Below are positions 12,301 to 21,036 of a stretch of DNA of 64,000 nt, in pieces. The stretch lies in IMG/VR virus record IMGVR_UViG_3300047476_000928, positions 1,915 through 65,914 of that record; one strand, written 5' to 3'. The notes under the pieces are model-generated. The model worked only from the letters and a program-made list of their open reading frames with translations, made no database searches and had not been told where the DNA came from. A program made the position numbers and the translations under genes. Each line of letters starts with the position of its first letter. Position 1 is the stretch's first letter. The DNA comes from a virus (Duplodnaviria; Caudoviricetes).

Positions 12301-15132
12301 TATGATGGTGCGTTTGTTAACCTTGAGGAGTTTAAAGGATTCCATGAAGAGGAGAAGCCGGGTATAGAAATTGTTGCATTTGATGCTGAACAGATACACG
12401 CATTAGGGGATGAAAAAGATGCGAAAATGTTTGCAGATTATGTATTTTCAAATCCAACCATTAAATCACAACTTGAAGGTCCACAGATATCTCCTTTCCA
12501 AAAAGCTGACCCTACATATAAGTATCAGCTATCTGGCACAGAGGCTTCATTAAAACTGATTGATGAGGTTAGAAAGAAATACAATATGCAACACACCGCT
12601 GAGGAGATGGGTATTGTAAAGAAAGGTATGCGCGCAACAGAAGGTATTATTTCTAATAATATCGTTACACGAGTATTGAGTAAAGGTAGTGTTGCTGTAA
12701 ATAAGATGTTCTCTAATGATAAGGCAAATAAGCTTTTAGGAAAGCCGTTTGCTGGGTTGCAGAATTACATAGCAAATAACGTAAGAAAAGGTCTTGGTAG
12801 CCAAAATGCTGCTGCTGCAAACGCATCTGCTATTGCAGTTTCTTTGATACAGAACCTTGGTTCAACAGAAGGATTCCAATCTGCTAGAAATAAGCTAAGC
12901 GGAGGCAAGAGTGTTGCTAAGAATCAGTTATGGCAATTAGGTAAGGAGCTTAATGAGATGATTAATAACGACAAGGTTGCGTTGCGCAGAGTACACTCGT
13001 TATTGGACCCTGAAGCATTTGAGGATATTACAGACCCTACATTGCCAGACAGCAAAGCAGACTTATCGTTTGCAGAGTTGCGCTTATTCAATGTATTGCG
13101 CGACATGAATGATTTCATTCACGAGTGGCACTATAGAAATGGATTCTTAGGAACAGGAGAGCAAGCTGACGCTTTATATGAGAAGAATAAGGGTTCTTAT
13201 TTTGCTCGTATGTATAATGAGATAGAAACAGAAAGATTCGGAGAACTATACGATGCTTTAGCAAAGCTTCCTAATGCGGCTGACTTCTCAATGTTTAAGG
13301 AGCGTAAGAACTTCTTGGATGTTACAGAAAACCTAACACTAAAAGAAGACCCAATCTACATCACTACAAAGCGATTTGGACAGATGATGCAGAATCAGGC
13401 TATCTTAGAGTTCTGTGATTATGTAGCTAAGAGTAAAGATTACAAGATTTACAAGAACAAGGAAGACATTCCTGCTTCAGCAGTAAGCAACTATCGCTTA
13501 TTAGCTCCTAAAAAGGGCGGCGGTAAAGTATATGGTCCTCTTACAGGAAAATATGTACCTGATATTGTTGCACAACAACTACAGGGCATTGAGTTCTCAA
13601 ATCAGGCTATTAACTTAACATACCAAGCCGCTAAAATATTTGATAAGACATTTGCTCGTCAGGTATTAAGTAAAGCAAAGACCGTTTGGAACCCACTTAC
13701 AAGAGCAGGTAATATTACAATGAACTTTGTGTTTGCGTCACTTGCTGGCGTAGACCCTATTACATTGCTTAAAAACAGACCTGCCGCTAAAGAGTCATTA
13801 GAAAGCTATGATTCTTATGCAAGAGATTTGGATGCAAATGGATTGCTTGGCGTGTCTATGGGTAAGGAGCTTAATGAAGAGAAAGATAAGAATGCAAAGA
13901 TTGTATTAAGAGATGCAGCTAACAGATTACTAAAAAGAGAAGGCAAGGCAACGTCAGAGGTGGAGTTACCTGCAAGCGAAAAGAGTAAATTCAGAAAGAT
14001 TGCATCTGACTTAGACGATATGCTTACAGAGTCTTATGGCAAATCAGATGACGTTGCTAAGGTTGCTTTGTATAAAAGTTTGGTGGACGATTACGGCAAG
14101 ACTCGTGAAGAGGCAATTAAGATTGTGGCAGGTAGCATGCAGAACTATAATACAGTTGGTAAGGCTTACGATTATGCATCTAAGACGGTAAACAGATTCG
14201 TTAAGTTTAAGGCTGACTCTGCTCGTATCTTATATAACTCATTTAAGGACAGACCATTAAATTTAATGGCTACGCTTGGAATGTATTTAGCTGCACAAGC
14301 TCTTGCATCTAAGATATCTGGAGAGGATGAAGAGGAACGCAAAATCCGCGAAGAAAGACCATATACTAATAAGATTAAGATTGGTCCCGTTACTATATCC
14401 CTTACAATGAAGTTTGGAGATACAGAAGTTAACGTAGCTCGCTACTTAGCACCTTACTCTGTTTATGACGCTGGATATGATAGCAATTGGCTAAAAGATG
14501 CTTCAACGTACTTGCCAGTGCAATACGATGAGCATACATTTATTGCTGTAAATGACCCATTAATTGGACCAATAGTAAACTTAGCGGCAGATAAAGACTT
14601 CCGTGGAATGCCTATTTCAGACCCGGGAAAAACACCTTTCATAGAAAAGACCGTTACGGACGGAGAAGCTTTTTGGAATAGAGTTGCATTTGCAGGAAGA
14701 AACTTTGGAGCTCCATACTACGGATGGGGAGAGAATCTTATTGCGGCTGCTACTGGGGATAAAGATTACTATGGTCGCTCAAGAAGTATGTCAGAGGCTA
14801 TCCTTAACACTGTAATCAAAGTTCAGACTGTTAATAACGAAACGCTTCAGCGTTCTTATGAAGGAGCACTTAGAAAATTAGATAGAGACATTGACAACAT
14901 TGGTAAAACTATCAGTCATAAGGCAAATGAGAAAGCTGAAAATATCAGTGAAGAAGCCTCTAAAGAGGGAATGACAGATGCACGACTAGAAAAGTATATC
15001 GCTAACCAAGAGCGGATATTCATGAAATTCTATGAAGAGCAGCAAAAAGAGGGCGATAAAAAAATTATGGAATTACAAAGAGTGCAAGGAGTCTTAGGTA
15101 AACTACAAGAAATCAAGGACCGTAAAAAATAA
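6361..15132 (+). CDS. Giant polyvalent ejected protein (zincin HExxH, ART-like domain, coiled coils, LPD38-like C-terminus)
   Basis: 2923 aa; Gly/Ala membrane-like segment, HEVFH motif, VWR..GVYFS..MKNP..GYDG..EIVAFDAEQI ART-PolyVal-like motif, ADKDFRG-type C-terminus. Confidence 0.7.
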   Translation: MAKNRLVKNKKTGQYGVYNPFNDTVTPITSDMSLVKNTRGQYGFKKGNEIFSIDEMPESVNLEETFKKKVDTVSSSATSSTDSTSDFYKPVGVEAVDTKEPKKQIEAKQAAKQEESQRYIDIFGLTRLDYSGLQNYGSLGELAADALDVPANLSKAFVRGVSNGRINQAIMDYAKDGETMDSDLIARLIKENKTKTGSTYLKTLQEKGVLQTDDLSAVGGIAETIMESMGSMLGTVKAGFQGAIVGGSTGLATGAAATSIGGPVGAALGAVGGATGGAVSGFAGFTSYANEYGSTIVQALTEKGYDLTDKNSVEKGLKDKSVMDSAKEKANTRGLTVGAFDAITAGLAGKGAKLAVNIARGSAAKVGKELTKAGVKRIAGATALGIESTMGSVGEAMGQLATEGKITDYDAVALEGIAEIGNAGPSTAFAMYKSGQINSDLNQENQAKIESLKKAKEAIPADNEASLNAIDNKISALEKENKNRNKAMTSALQVAPVPATKRVIELTDSILELEATLEAIKDGSRTDVSQEAKKAMWDSLNDMIAERDEIRQEMLKASETEAKLAAAPEKPMIPVVNIKPVGQQAKEGEVLPSPVPQNNATQLAKDTPLEVKKVEEPVMFSTKFDDEKSLKQGTAYKVSQGENNFGTIIEHDNNGEKEFVLAETGKKYSSLDDAKFALQEKLTGERVSEMDRVGIDRIKVEGNLANKPIFIGDPANNNQLDMESKGAIQKAVRALRSVSNANVYLYGNAADYAKGIAHATGQTASDVANQAGKSNAQVVDANGENSIHINLEKADVTSLSHEVFHGALLGLAKKDPNAFITMRDKILDRISEKQSLMVTNPDGTKAKVSAKEYLLDFQKRYSGPEYTEADRAEEFLSELAGLMSLEDNNVVKDKTLLESIKLTIKDVLKKFNVEFDSLNELQETEDLVQFFKDFNRSVKTGESINLSRVQGIQGVAPTAAQPATQPTAQVQPSIPATKFKETKSGGQESELVPLLTIKREENFKLSDEVIYGKTKIDKKGNATTEFYTKFSEDKIPVSGKTIYYDNENNKFNQYRKGKTGQNGEGGKSLSDFENDYGIPFDEVLKGLGIKLKDNEEVLNFRVDKESIEMHPVSGKLKKVHGKVAIIPKGTNGMKSKDTYISYYTPKLKYTDAITGISTAQPEAGAVKESATTRPEGAKKKEPIAKVISRAADKAQESVKKTKGNRKPISERVPKVEGIIGQALRIEPASAYDLALQYFIGGGRVLRGKVTNGSKPDPHTLITLFTRPRQGYYVASEKEMASRGFLTKKDGLLITEIAHKLWESQANEYLGLEESEMRSAVEAVLLDHTTTSSMAKDIISRHGNPEQRALISGANDMPGLSEYEMFVAGQIANEFGVSVEEVIENPEKFVNKDELEGMQEDMLTAFQILDELQDDEAIKEYLGISAPEDLFLDELVAEAAKPEKTLQEKKADLEKQIKAKKKELAAANKTKKEMGGIGQTSLVEGVQTTIVAPDTMKLYEKIRNLKGEIEDLNSQLGKIESAIEFKERKTIDAFADVVEQKVEENAPEVAPSNEEDKPQWLIEQDAEYALRDKEDLELMRLSDEVYYAKQQIAGDRDTDVAIKNYNEVKAKRDAYESAVNKRRQDREDAIDIQSLIDDEINNSENPKYEYAEDFKKSPLLAAYKHAQDLLEYISSSDYVEYQVKTGYQTREQAIKDQENGIANWGKRVFLLETAIVKESMAEQAAKTEPAKAELSKKEKEIKSLEEEIRQYELEIEDATEEIENTNYNYREAVDEIKAEKKELAASSLDRETKAEQREELDARLEDVADERDTYIEQYKDTIAEAKKEIKALQKKIDKLSVRQKFQLSGDKVEVLNKSGIANIFTSNPSLSKIGTQEQYKKYISSIFPESLIDNIVWRAQNDKGLRRHAGVYFSAYKSYADNYGKAYNVPTKPFMLDMKNPKDLFIHHKESKRFAENIVDDVKIRFDEIPPNDIALLKSKGYDGAFVNLEEFKGFHEEEKPGIEIVAFDAEQIHALGDEKDAKMFADYVFSNPTIKSQLEGPQISPFQKADPTYKYQLSGTEASLKLIDEVRKKYNMQHTAEEMGIVKKGMRATEGIISNNIVTRVLSKGSVAVNKMFSNDKANKLLGKPFAGLQNYIANNVRKGLGSQNAAAANASAIAVSLIQNLGSTEGFQSARNKLSGGKSVAKNQLWQLGKELNEMINNDKVALRRVHSLLDPEAFEDITDPTLPDSKADLSFAELRLFNVLRDMNDFIHEWHYRNGFLGTGEQADALYEKNKGSYFARMYNEIETERFGELYDALAKLPNAADFSMFKERKNFLDVTENLTLKEDPIYITTKRFGQMMQNQAILEFCDYVAKSKDYKIYKNKEDIPASAVSNYRLLAPKKGGGKVYGPLTGKYVPDIVAQQLQGIEFSNQAINLTYQAAKIFDKTFARQVLSKAKTVWNPLTRAGNITMNFVFASLAGVDPITLLKNRPAAKESLESYDSYARDLDANGLLGVSMGKELNEEKDKNAKIVLRDAANRLLKREGKATSEVELPASEKSKFRKIASDLDDMLTESYGKSDDVAKVALYKSLVDDYGKTREEAIKIVAGSMQNYNTVGKAYDYASKTVNRFVKFKADSARILYNSFKDRPLNLMATLGMYLAAQALASKISGEDEEERKIREERPYTNKIKIGPVTISLTMKFGDTEVNVARYLAPYSVYDAGYDSNWLKDASTYLPVQYDEHTFIAVNDPLIGPIVNLAADKDFRGMPISDPGKTPFIEKTVTDGEAFWNRVAFAGRNFGAPYYGWGENLIAAATGDKDYYGRSRSMSEAILNTVIKVQTVNNETLQRSYEGALRKLDRDIDNIGKTISHKANEKAENISEEASKEGMTDARLEKYIANQERIFMKFYEEQQKEGDKKIMELQRVQGVLGKLQEIKDRKK

Positions 15133-15136
15133 GGAT

Positions 15137-15286
15137 ATGATACGCAAGGTAAAAGGAGGTTACAAGTTAACCTCCAAAACAACAGGAAGAAATCTAGGCA
15201 CAGCTAAAACACTAGCTGGTATCAAGAAACGTGAAGCGCAGGTGCAGATGTTTAAGCACATGGCTGCAAATAAAAAGAAAAAATAA
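15137..15286 (+). CDS. Small basic protein (49 aa)
   Basis: Translated by hand: MIRKVKGGYKLTSKTTGRNLGTAKT...KREAQVQMFKH; fills the gap in the operon. Confidence 0.65.
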   Translation: MIRKVKGGYKLTSKTTGRNLGTAKTLAGIKKREAQVQMFKHMAANKKKK

Positions 15287-15289
15287 TTG

Positions 15290-15297
15290 TAACTTTG
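15290..15297 (+). promoter_or_regulatory. Bacteroidota-type -7 box TAACTTTG
   Basis: Matches TAnnTTTG 16 nt upstream of ATG 15314. Confidence 0.55.
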
Positions 15298-15313
15298 GAA
15301 AAATAATACTACT

Positions 15314-15781
15314 ATGGCGAATCTAATTGAAATGCAAAAAGCTAGAAGAGCTTCTCAAGCATTTGGAACACTAATGAGCGATTACTCACAGCCTGCTGGC
15401 GAAAGCGGAGAAAAAGAATCTCCACAAGAAGAGTTGCTATGCGAGATGCTTGAGGCATCAGCACAAGCTAAGGTATTTCACTGGCAAACAAGTTCTTTTG
15501 CAGAGCACGAGGCTATGGGAGAGTTCTATGATGGGTTTAATGATTTGATGGATAAATTCATTGAAGCATACCAAGGATGCTATGGTCGTATTATGGTTGG
15601 TTGCGACATGGAAGTTAAGCCATATACAATGGATGCCCCTGTTGCGTTTTTAACTTCATTTAAAGAGTATATCTCTACTGGAGCTAGAATGTGCGTACTT
15701 GGCAACTCAGCATTGTCTAACATCCTAGATGAAATCAATGGATTAGTAGAGCAAACTTTATACCGACTAACTTTTAAGTAA
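15314..15781 (+). CDS. Ferritin/Dps-like protein (DUF5856-like)
   Basis: HWQT..FAEHEA.GEFY....L.DKF.E..QG motif and terminal YRL, a Dps-like metal-ligand pattern. Confidence 0.7.
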   Translation: MANLIEMQKARRASQAFGTLMSDYSQPAGESGEKESPQEELLCEMLEASAQAKVFHWQTSSFAEHEAMGEFYDGFNDLMDKFIEAYQGCYGRIMVGCDMEVKPYTMDAPVAFLTSFKEYISTGARMCVLGNSALSNILDEINGLVEQTLYRLTFK

Positions 15782-15782
15782 T

Positions 15783-15929
15783 ATGAAAAATGGGTTATAC
15801 GCTAATATTCACGCTAAGCGGAAACGAATTGAAGCTGGTTCTGGAGAAAAAATGAGAAAAGTAGGGGCTAAAGGCGCTCCTACTGCAAAGCAATTTAAGC
15901 AGGCGGCAAAGACTGCTAAGAAGAAGTAA
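15783..15929 (+). CDS. Small basic protein (48 aa)
   Basis: MKNGLYANIHAKRKRIEAGSGEKMRK.GAKGAPTAK.FKQAAKTAKKK, a peptide type common in aquatic phages. Confidence 0.75.
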   Translation: MKNGLYANIHAKRKRIEAGSGEKMRKVGAKGAPTAKQFKQAAKTAKKK

Positions 15930-15940
15930 ATCAGATAAGC

Positions 15941-17674
15941 ATGAATGTATTAGATTTAATAGATGACACTGACAATAAATCTGGTCAGACTGTTGGTTCT
16001 ACAGGTCAATCAAATCCAACTGACTTTACATTCATATCTCCATACAAAAGAGATGGTGGTATGTCTCCTGACAAGCAATTTTTAGCTCAAAGTCTGGGTG
16101 GCGTACTCAATAAAGTATCATATATTGGAGCAAATAAGGTGTTTGCGGATAGAGTTTCTTCTCAAATCCAAGCTAGTCAGCCTGCTAATCAAAATAAAAC
16201 AGGTTTATTGGATGTAGCAAAAGCTGTTGCTTCTGTAGTTTTAAATAAACCAGATAGCACACTTGAAAATATAGTAGAAGTAGCTGACCCAACAGGTATG
16301 TCATCATGGGATGATGTATTAAAGTCTGCTATAAATACAGGTATGTCAGGAGAAACTGCATTAGAAGTTGCTGGTGCAATACCTTTCTTAGGTAAAGCTA
16401 AAAAAGCAGGGCAGCTTATAGATATAGTTTCAAAGGGCTTGCCAGTGACAGCTAGACAAGCTAGAAACTTAAATGCTTCCGTCGGAGCATTAAAAGCTGT
16501 TGGTAATTATGGTCCAAATGCAGGAAGAGCAACGGATGCAGTTCAGGCAGTAGCTCAATATAGGGAACAAAATAAAGGAGCTAAATCATCAAATCCAAAG
16601 GCATCTAATATAATTGCAAGTGGGGATTCTGCTAACCCTAGCACTAATAATCCCGCAATGGCTAATTATGTTGGGAAAGACTTTGAAAAATTTGTTAAGC
16701 GTCAATATGATGATAAGATAAATCAATATTTTATTGATTTTGTTAAAAATAGCAATGAAAAAATAAGCAAAGAGGACGTTGATGGCATTAAAAAGGACTT
16801 TATAGACTATATTAATTCGCCAGAATATGCCAAAAGGCAAGCTATGAATCCAGACGTGTTTCAGTCAAGCAATCCAGTTGATGAAAAATTCCAGCAAGAT
16901 TTTGCAGAATTTGCTGCTAAATCAAAAAGAGATAAAAGGGGCGATTTGGTACGAAATGTAGCTTCTAATATAGTTAGTGGAGATAAATTTGTTGGCGATT
17001 TTACGCCACTACAAGGTACCGCTGGCTCACTAAATCTTTCAGAAAAATTACCCCTATCGGTATTAGCTCACGAAGCTGGTCACAGCAATATATATTATAA
17101 CATTCCTCTTACTGAAGAGCAAAAGTCATTAATGGCTAAAAACAATGGTGTTCTGCCTGAAGATGATAGAAGATATATGCCAGAGGCAGAAGCTTCAGAT
17201 ATTGTGAATTCAAGTGAATATTATAAGACAACAAAGGGTAGAAGCTTAAATGATACAGCAAAAGATGTTAGCCCATTCTTAAATCAAAAAGAAGTAGATA
17301 AGTTTATTAAATTAGCTAAGCCAATATTTACTTCTGATATGGCTAAGTCTGATAGCGCATTTTTACCAGAAAGCAGATGGGCTAATGACCCACATATGGA
17401 TAAAGATAGCCTTCGTCCAGCAGAATTTGCTAATGAGCAGTATGGAGATTTAATGGGCATTAGAAAGCTTCTTTTAAAGAATGGAATAACTAAATCATTT
17501 GGAGAAGATTTAGATGATGAAAAAATGCAAAAGGCTATTAATAATACTGAAATTACAAAAGACCCTTTATTTAGGAGATTCTACCGCAGATATGGAAAAG
17601 ACAATATCATTGAATTGAACAATACAATTGCAATGGAAGTGCCAGTTAAGACAAGTAAAATTCAGACAGCATAA
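15941..17674 (+). CDS. Putative virion cargo protein with zincin metallopeptidase motif
   Basis: LAHEAGH (HExxH); pre-toxin-like GAIPFLGK segment. Confidence 0.55.
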   Translation: MNVLDLIDDTDNKSGQTVGSTGQSNPTDFTFISPYKRDGGMSPDKQFLAQSLGGVLNKVSYIGANKVFADRVSSQIQASQPANQNKTGLLDVAKAVASVVLNKPDSTLENIVEVADPTGMSSWDDVLKSAINTGMSGETALEVAGAIPFLGKAKKAGQLIDIVSKGLPVTARQARNLNASVGALKAVGNYGPNAGRATDAVQAVAQYREQNKGAKSSNPKASNIIASGDSANPSTNNPAMANYVGKDFEKFVKRQYDDKINQYFIDFVKNSNEKISKEDVDGIKKDFIDYINSPEYAKRQAMNPDVFQSSNPVDEKFQQDFAEFAAKSKRDKRGDLVRNVASNIVSGDKFVGDFTPLQGTAGSLNLSEKLPLSVLAHEAGHSNIYYNIPLTEEQKSLMAKNNGVLPEDDRRYMPEAEASDIVNSSEYYKTTKGRSLNDTAKDVSPFLNQKEVDKFIKLAKPIFTSDMAKSDSAFLPESRWANDPHMDKDSLRPAEFANEQYGDLMGIRKLLLKNGITKSFGEDLDDEKMQKAINNTEITKDPLFRRFYRRYGKDNIIELNNTIAMEVPVKTSKIQTA

Positions 17675-17988
17675 TGTTATCAAGAGACTCAATAAAAGCA
17701 AAATTAGAGCGTTATGGTTTATCGGGAGTGAATAAACCTAAGCGTGATACACATAATGGTAAATCTCACGTTGTGTTAGCAAAAGATGGCGACAAGGTTA
17801 AGCTTATACGTTTCGGTCAAGCAGGCGTTAAGACCAATCAAACTGTTGGTCAACGTGAAGCTTTTAAGTCTCGCCACGCAAAGAACATTTCAAAAGGCAA
17901 AATGTCGGCAGCTTATTGGGCAAACAAAGTTAAATGGAGCCCAAGCAAGACAGCATCATCATCTAAAAAATGGGTTAAAGGCTCTTAA
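17674..17988 (+). CDS. Conserved small basic phage protein
   Basis: KSHVVLAK.GDKVKLIRFGQ...FKSRH...SAAYWA...W family seen in aquatic phages. Confidence 0.7.
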   Translation: MLSRDSIKAKLERYGLSGVNKPKRDTHNGKSHVVLAKDGDKVKLIRFGQAGVKTNQTVGQREAFKSRHAKNISKGKMSAAYWANKVKWSPSKTASSSKKWVKGS

Positions 17989-17993
17989 ATAAA

Positions 17994-19433
17994 ATGGCAT
18001 CTATCCTAGACACAGTTACTGCACCTGAATCTGTAATAGAGCAAACTACTACAGCTCAGACTACAGCACCAAAGGTGGTTCAGCCTACATTGGTAAATGC
18101 TGGCTCACAAATTACCCCAAGCCCAGAGAAAAAGAATCTTGTAGGTCAGCTTAGTTCTGTATTGCCAAGATTAACTTATTATGGTCCAACTGAATTTCAT
18201 ACTAAGGTTGGGGATGGATGCAGTAGAATTGCCGCTTCGACAGCTCAGCAATTGTACGGAATTTATGACCCTACAAGTAGAGAGGATGCTTGGTATGCTA
18301 AAAAATCTGTATTAGATGCAGGAGGTAAAGAGGTATGGAATGAGTCTATGAAAAATGATTACAGTAAGATGCAAATAGGCACTTATGTAAGTTTAGATAG
18401 ACCGGGAATAATACATGATTTTGATAGGTCCAGCAATAAAAAATACACATTAAATGATAACGAAAAAGTAGAGCACAGGGGCATTGTTGTAGGCTTTGAT
18501 AAAGATGGAGTACCATTAATCAAACATGGTTCATCTTCTGGAAATACAGTAGTTCAACGTATAGACAAATTAAAACTACCTGATTATCCTTGGTCATATA
18601 CAGCCAAAAGCGCATATACACCTTCTTCTATTATGGGCAAAGAAATTGTAGACAAAAGATTCTACACTAAACCAGAAGAGGCTGATAATCTTCAGTATAT
18701 ACCCGCTCAATCTAGTGTGGCAAAAATAAACGCTCAGCAGATTGGTAACAAAGGGCTAACCCCAATGAACCAGAAGCCCAATAACGGTTCTGAAAACGAA
18801 ATAAAATTCATGACAGCTTTGAATAATAACTTATCAAAGCAAATGCAGATTCTTGGACTAAAGAAAAACGAGGCTAACTTGATTGCAAAGGTTGCCTTTG
18901 GCGTATTTCACAATGAATCAGAAGCTGGCACATCATCATTTCCTATCGGATTAAAAATGCTAGGTTCTACATTAGCTAAGGCTACCCGCATGAGAAATGC
19001 TAATCCATCATTAAGTGACGTTCAATTTAAGTTTGACACGCTTATAAGTAACGCAGATGGCTCTACAAGTAAAATAGGGAAAAGCCTATTAGAATTAGGG
19101 GTAAATAAGGAGGGATTATCAGATTGGACTCATCATAGAGACGATTATAACGATGAAGTTAACGCTGTTGCGGCTTCTGCAGCTGATGCGCTTGCTAAGA
19201 TTAAAGCTAATCCTGAGAAGTTTAAATATGATGCAAAGAACCAAACTGTATTCGGCAATATTCCATTAGGTGTAGCATTAGCCGCAGCATATAGTAAAGG
19301 TTTCTCTGCTATAACAAGTAAAGAGTCTTTAATGAAACCTGATGATAAAGGAAGAGTTCCTTTTAATTACGGGACAAATGCTATGAAATGGGGCGAGCGA
19401 ATCAAAGTAACTCCAAAGCAAAAATCTAAATAA
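17994..19433 (+). CDS. Putative virion-associated peptidoglycan hydrolase (NlpC/P60-like plus possible lysozyme-like domain)
   Basis: GCS Cys, HRGIVVG His and LIKH of a papain-like fold; C-terminal NES motif. Confidence 0.5.
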   Translation: MASILDTVTAPESVIEQTTTAQTTAPKVVQPTLVNAGSQITPSPEKKNLVGQLSSVLPRLTYYGPTEFHTKVGDGCSRIAASTAQQLYGIYDPTSREDAWYAKKSVLDAGGKEVWNESMKNDYSKMQIGTYVSLDRPGIIHDFDRSSNKKYTLNDNEKVEHRGIVVGFDKDGVPLIKHGSSSGNTVVQRIDKLKLPDYPWSYTAKSAYTPSSIMGKEIVDKRFYTKPEEADNLQYIPAQSSVAKINAQQIGNKGLTPMNQKPNNGSENEIKFMTALNNNLSKQMQILGLKKNEANLIAKVAFGVFHNESEAGTSSFPIGLKMLGSTLAKATRMRNANPSLSDVQFKFDTLISNADGSTSKIGKSLLELGVNKEGLSDWTHHRDDYNDEVNAVAASAADALAKIKANPEKFKYDAKNQTVFGNIPLGVALAAAYSKGFSAITSKESLMKPDDKGRVPFNYGTNAMKWGERIKVTPKQKSK

Positions 19434-19435
19434 TT

Positions 19436-19903
19436 TTGACTGAACAAGTAGAATATATTAGGTATTGTCAGATTTGCGGAAAGGCAACTAAATACGCATC
19501 TAAATACGAATACAATAGAGCTAATAAGAACAAGACTAATTGTAAGACTTGCGCTTATAAAAGCTCTGTTAGAAAGAAGAAGTATCAGCTTATCCCTATT
19601 GGATGGTTTGATGCTAAAAAGAGAAGGGCAGTAGAGCGTAATAAAGAATGGGATATTACAATAGAATATGTCTGGCGTATATATCTCAAACAGGGTAAGG
19701 TATGCGCCTTATCAGGATTGCCACTAGATTTTGATGCAGAGAGCGACAATGGGACCGTGTCAATAGATAGGATTAAAAACGAAAAAGGATACGTCAGGCG
19801 CAATATTCAGTTAATCCATAAGGATTTAAACTACATGAAATATGTGTATGACCAGAAATACTTTATAAAAATGTGTAAATTAGTAGCTGAAAAGCATAAG
19901 TAA
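19436..19903 (+). CDS. HNH-like endonuclease with N-terminal Zn ribbon
   Basis: CQIC..CKTC; CALSG..SIDRI...KGY...NIQL. Confidence 0.7.
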   Translation: MTEQVEYIRYCQICGKATKYASKYEYNRANKNKTNCKTCAYKSSVRKKKYQLIPIGWFDAKKRRAVERNKEWDITIEYVWRIYLKQGKVCALSGLPLDFDAESDNGTVSIDRIKNEKGYVRRNIQLIHKDLNYMKYVYDQKYFIKMCKLVAEKHK

Positions 19904-19914
19904 ACACTCTCATC

Positions 19915-20190
19915 ATGGCAAAAAGTAAATCATCTCAGTATTACGCAACGCACCCAGAAGCTCGTGCTAAAAAGCAGGCATATCAGAGAGAGTATAACAA
20001 ACAAGCTTCTCAGGTTAAGAAGCGCGTAGAGCTTACTAAGATTAATCGCGAAAGAGGCACTTATGGCAATGGAGATGGTAAGGATGCCGCTCACACAAAG
20101 AAAGGTATAGTAATGAAAAAAGCCTCCGTTAATAGAGGCTCTAAATCAGATATGCCGGGCGACCGTCGTGCTAGGGGTGGGAAGAAATAA
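19915..20190 (+). CDS. Small basic protein with degenerate HNH-like motif
   Basis: GNGDGKDAAH...NRG. Confidence 0.55.
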   Translation: MAKSKSSQYYATHPEARAKKQAYQREYNKQASQVKKRVELTKINRERGTYGNGDGKDAAHTKKGIVMKKASVNRGSKSDMPGDRRARGGKK

Positions 20191-20491
20191 CTTCATAGTA
20201 CCCTACAAACACTATATTACCCTTATACTTTACATATACATTCGAATCACTTAGAGTTGGATACCAATCCGTTATTTCAACGGGGGTGTCTTGCTTGAAT
20301 TTTGCTAAGCACTCAATATACTCTACCTTGTTTTTAATAACCGCTGTAAGTGTAATCCATCTTTCGGTGCTCTTTTTTACAGCAAATAGAATCCCTTTGG
20401 ATTCAACAATATCTCCCGCCATTGGTCTTGTTCCACCATCTTCTGCTCTAATAGCAATAGTAACATAATGCCTGTTTCTTAAATCAATCAT
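20171..20491 (-). CDS. Hypothetical protein
   Basis: Last gene of the leftward operon, overlaps its neighbour. Confidence 0.55.
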   Translation of the reverse strand: MIDLRNRHYVTIAIRAEDGGTRPMAGDIVESKGILFAVKKSTERWITLTAVIKNKVEYIECLAKFKQDTPVEITDWYPTLSDSNVYVKYKGNIVFVGYYEVISSHP

Positions 20492-21036
20492 AATTGTATA
20501 AAGTCTTCTTCGTATAATACCTTCTTATTTAATTCAATCTTTCGTGGTGCGCGATACATATCTAATACATCAAGCGCCTTGACTATATAGCAATCAAATT
20601 CAGCGTTTGGCTTAACAATAACAAGCGCAATAGTTTCATCTTCAGTGGGCGATATTACCAGTGGGTCGTTAGGTTGAAATACCCATGAGTTGCTGTAAAT
20701 CTTGGAATCCATGCAAGACTTAACATGCAACGGAGATGACCCGTTTACAAACAAATCTGCTTCATAAGACTTCTGTTTGGCTTCATAGATAAGAATGTCA
20801 GGAGATGAGCATTTTTTACCCTTACTTATTAAGTAGTTATATACCGCAAACTCAGCCATCTTGCCTAGGTATATATCCGACCTTACTTTGTTTTCATCTG
20901 TTTGGTTTCGGCTTGAATACATATCCTTGTTGGTATGATATACCTCACTAGAAAACAATGTACACAACCGCTCCTGATAATTACTTGGAGCGATAAGCCT
21001 TAGTTTCTTTGGTTGCATAAGAGATAATATGAACAA
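20488..21036 (-). CDS. PD-(D/E)xK restriction-like nuclease
   Basis: GKMAE.A...ADL....HVKS motif; true start may be downstream. Confidence 0.5.
   Translation of the reverse strand: MFILSLMQPKKLRLIAPSNYQERLCTLFSSEVYHTNKDMYSSRNQTDENKVRSDIYLGKMAEFAVYNYLISKGKKCSSPDILIYEAKQKSYEADLFVNGSSPLHVKSCMDSKIYSNSWVFQPNDPLVISPTEDETIALVIVKPNAEFDCYIVKALDVLDMYRAPRKIELNKKVLYEEDFIQL

Noticed and set aside
6361-15132. Virion RNA polymerase
   Set aside because: No DxDxD catalytic motif recognised; motifs fit a polyvalent protein instead
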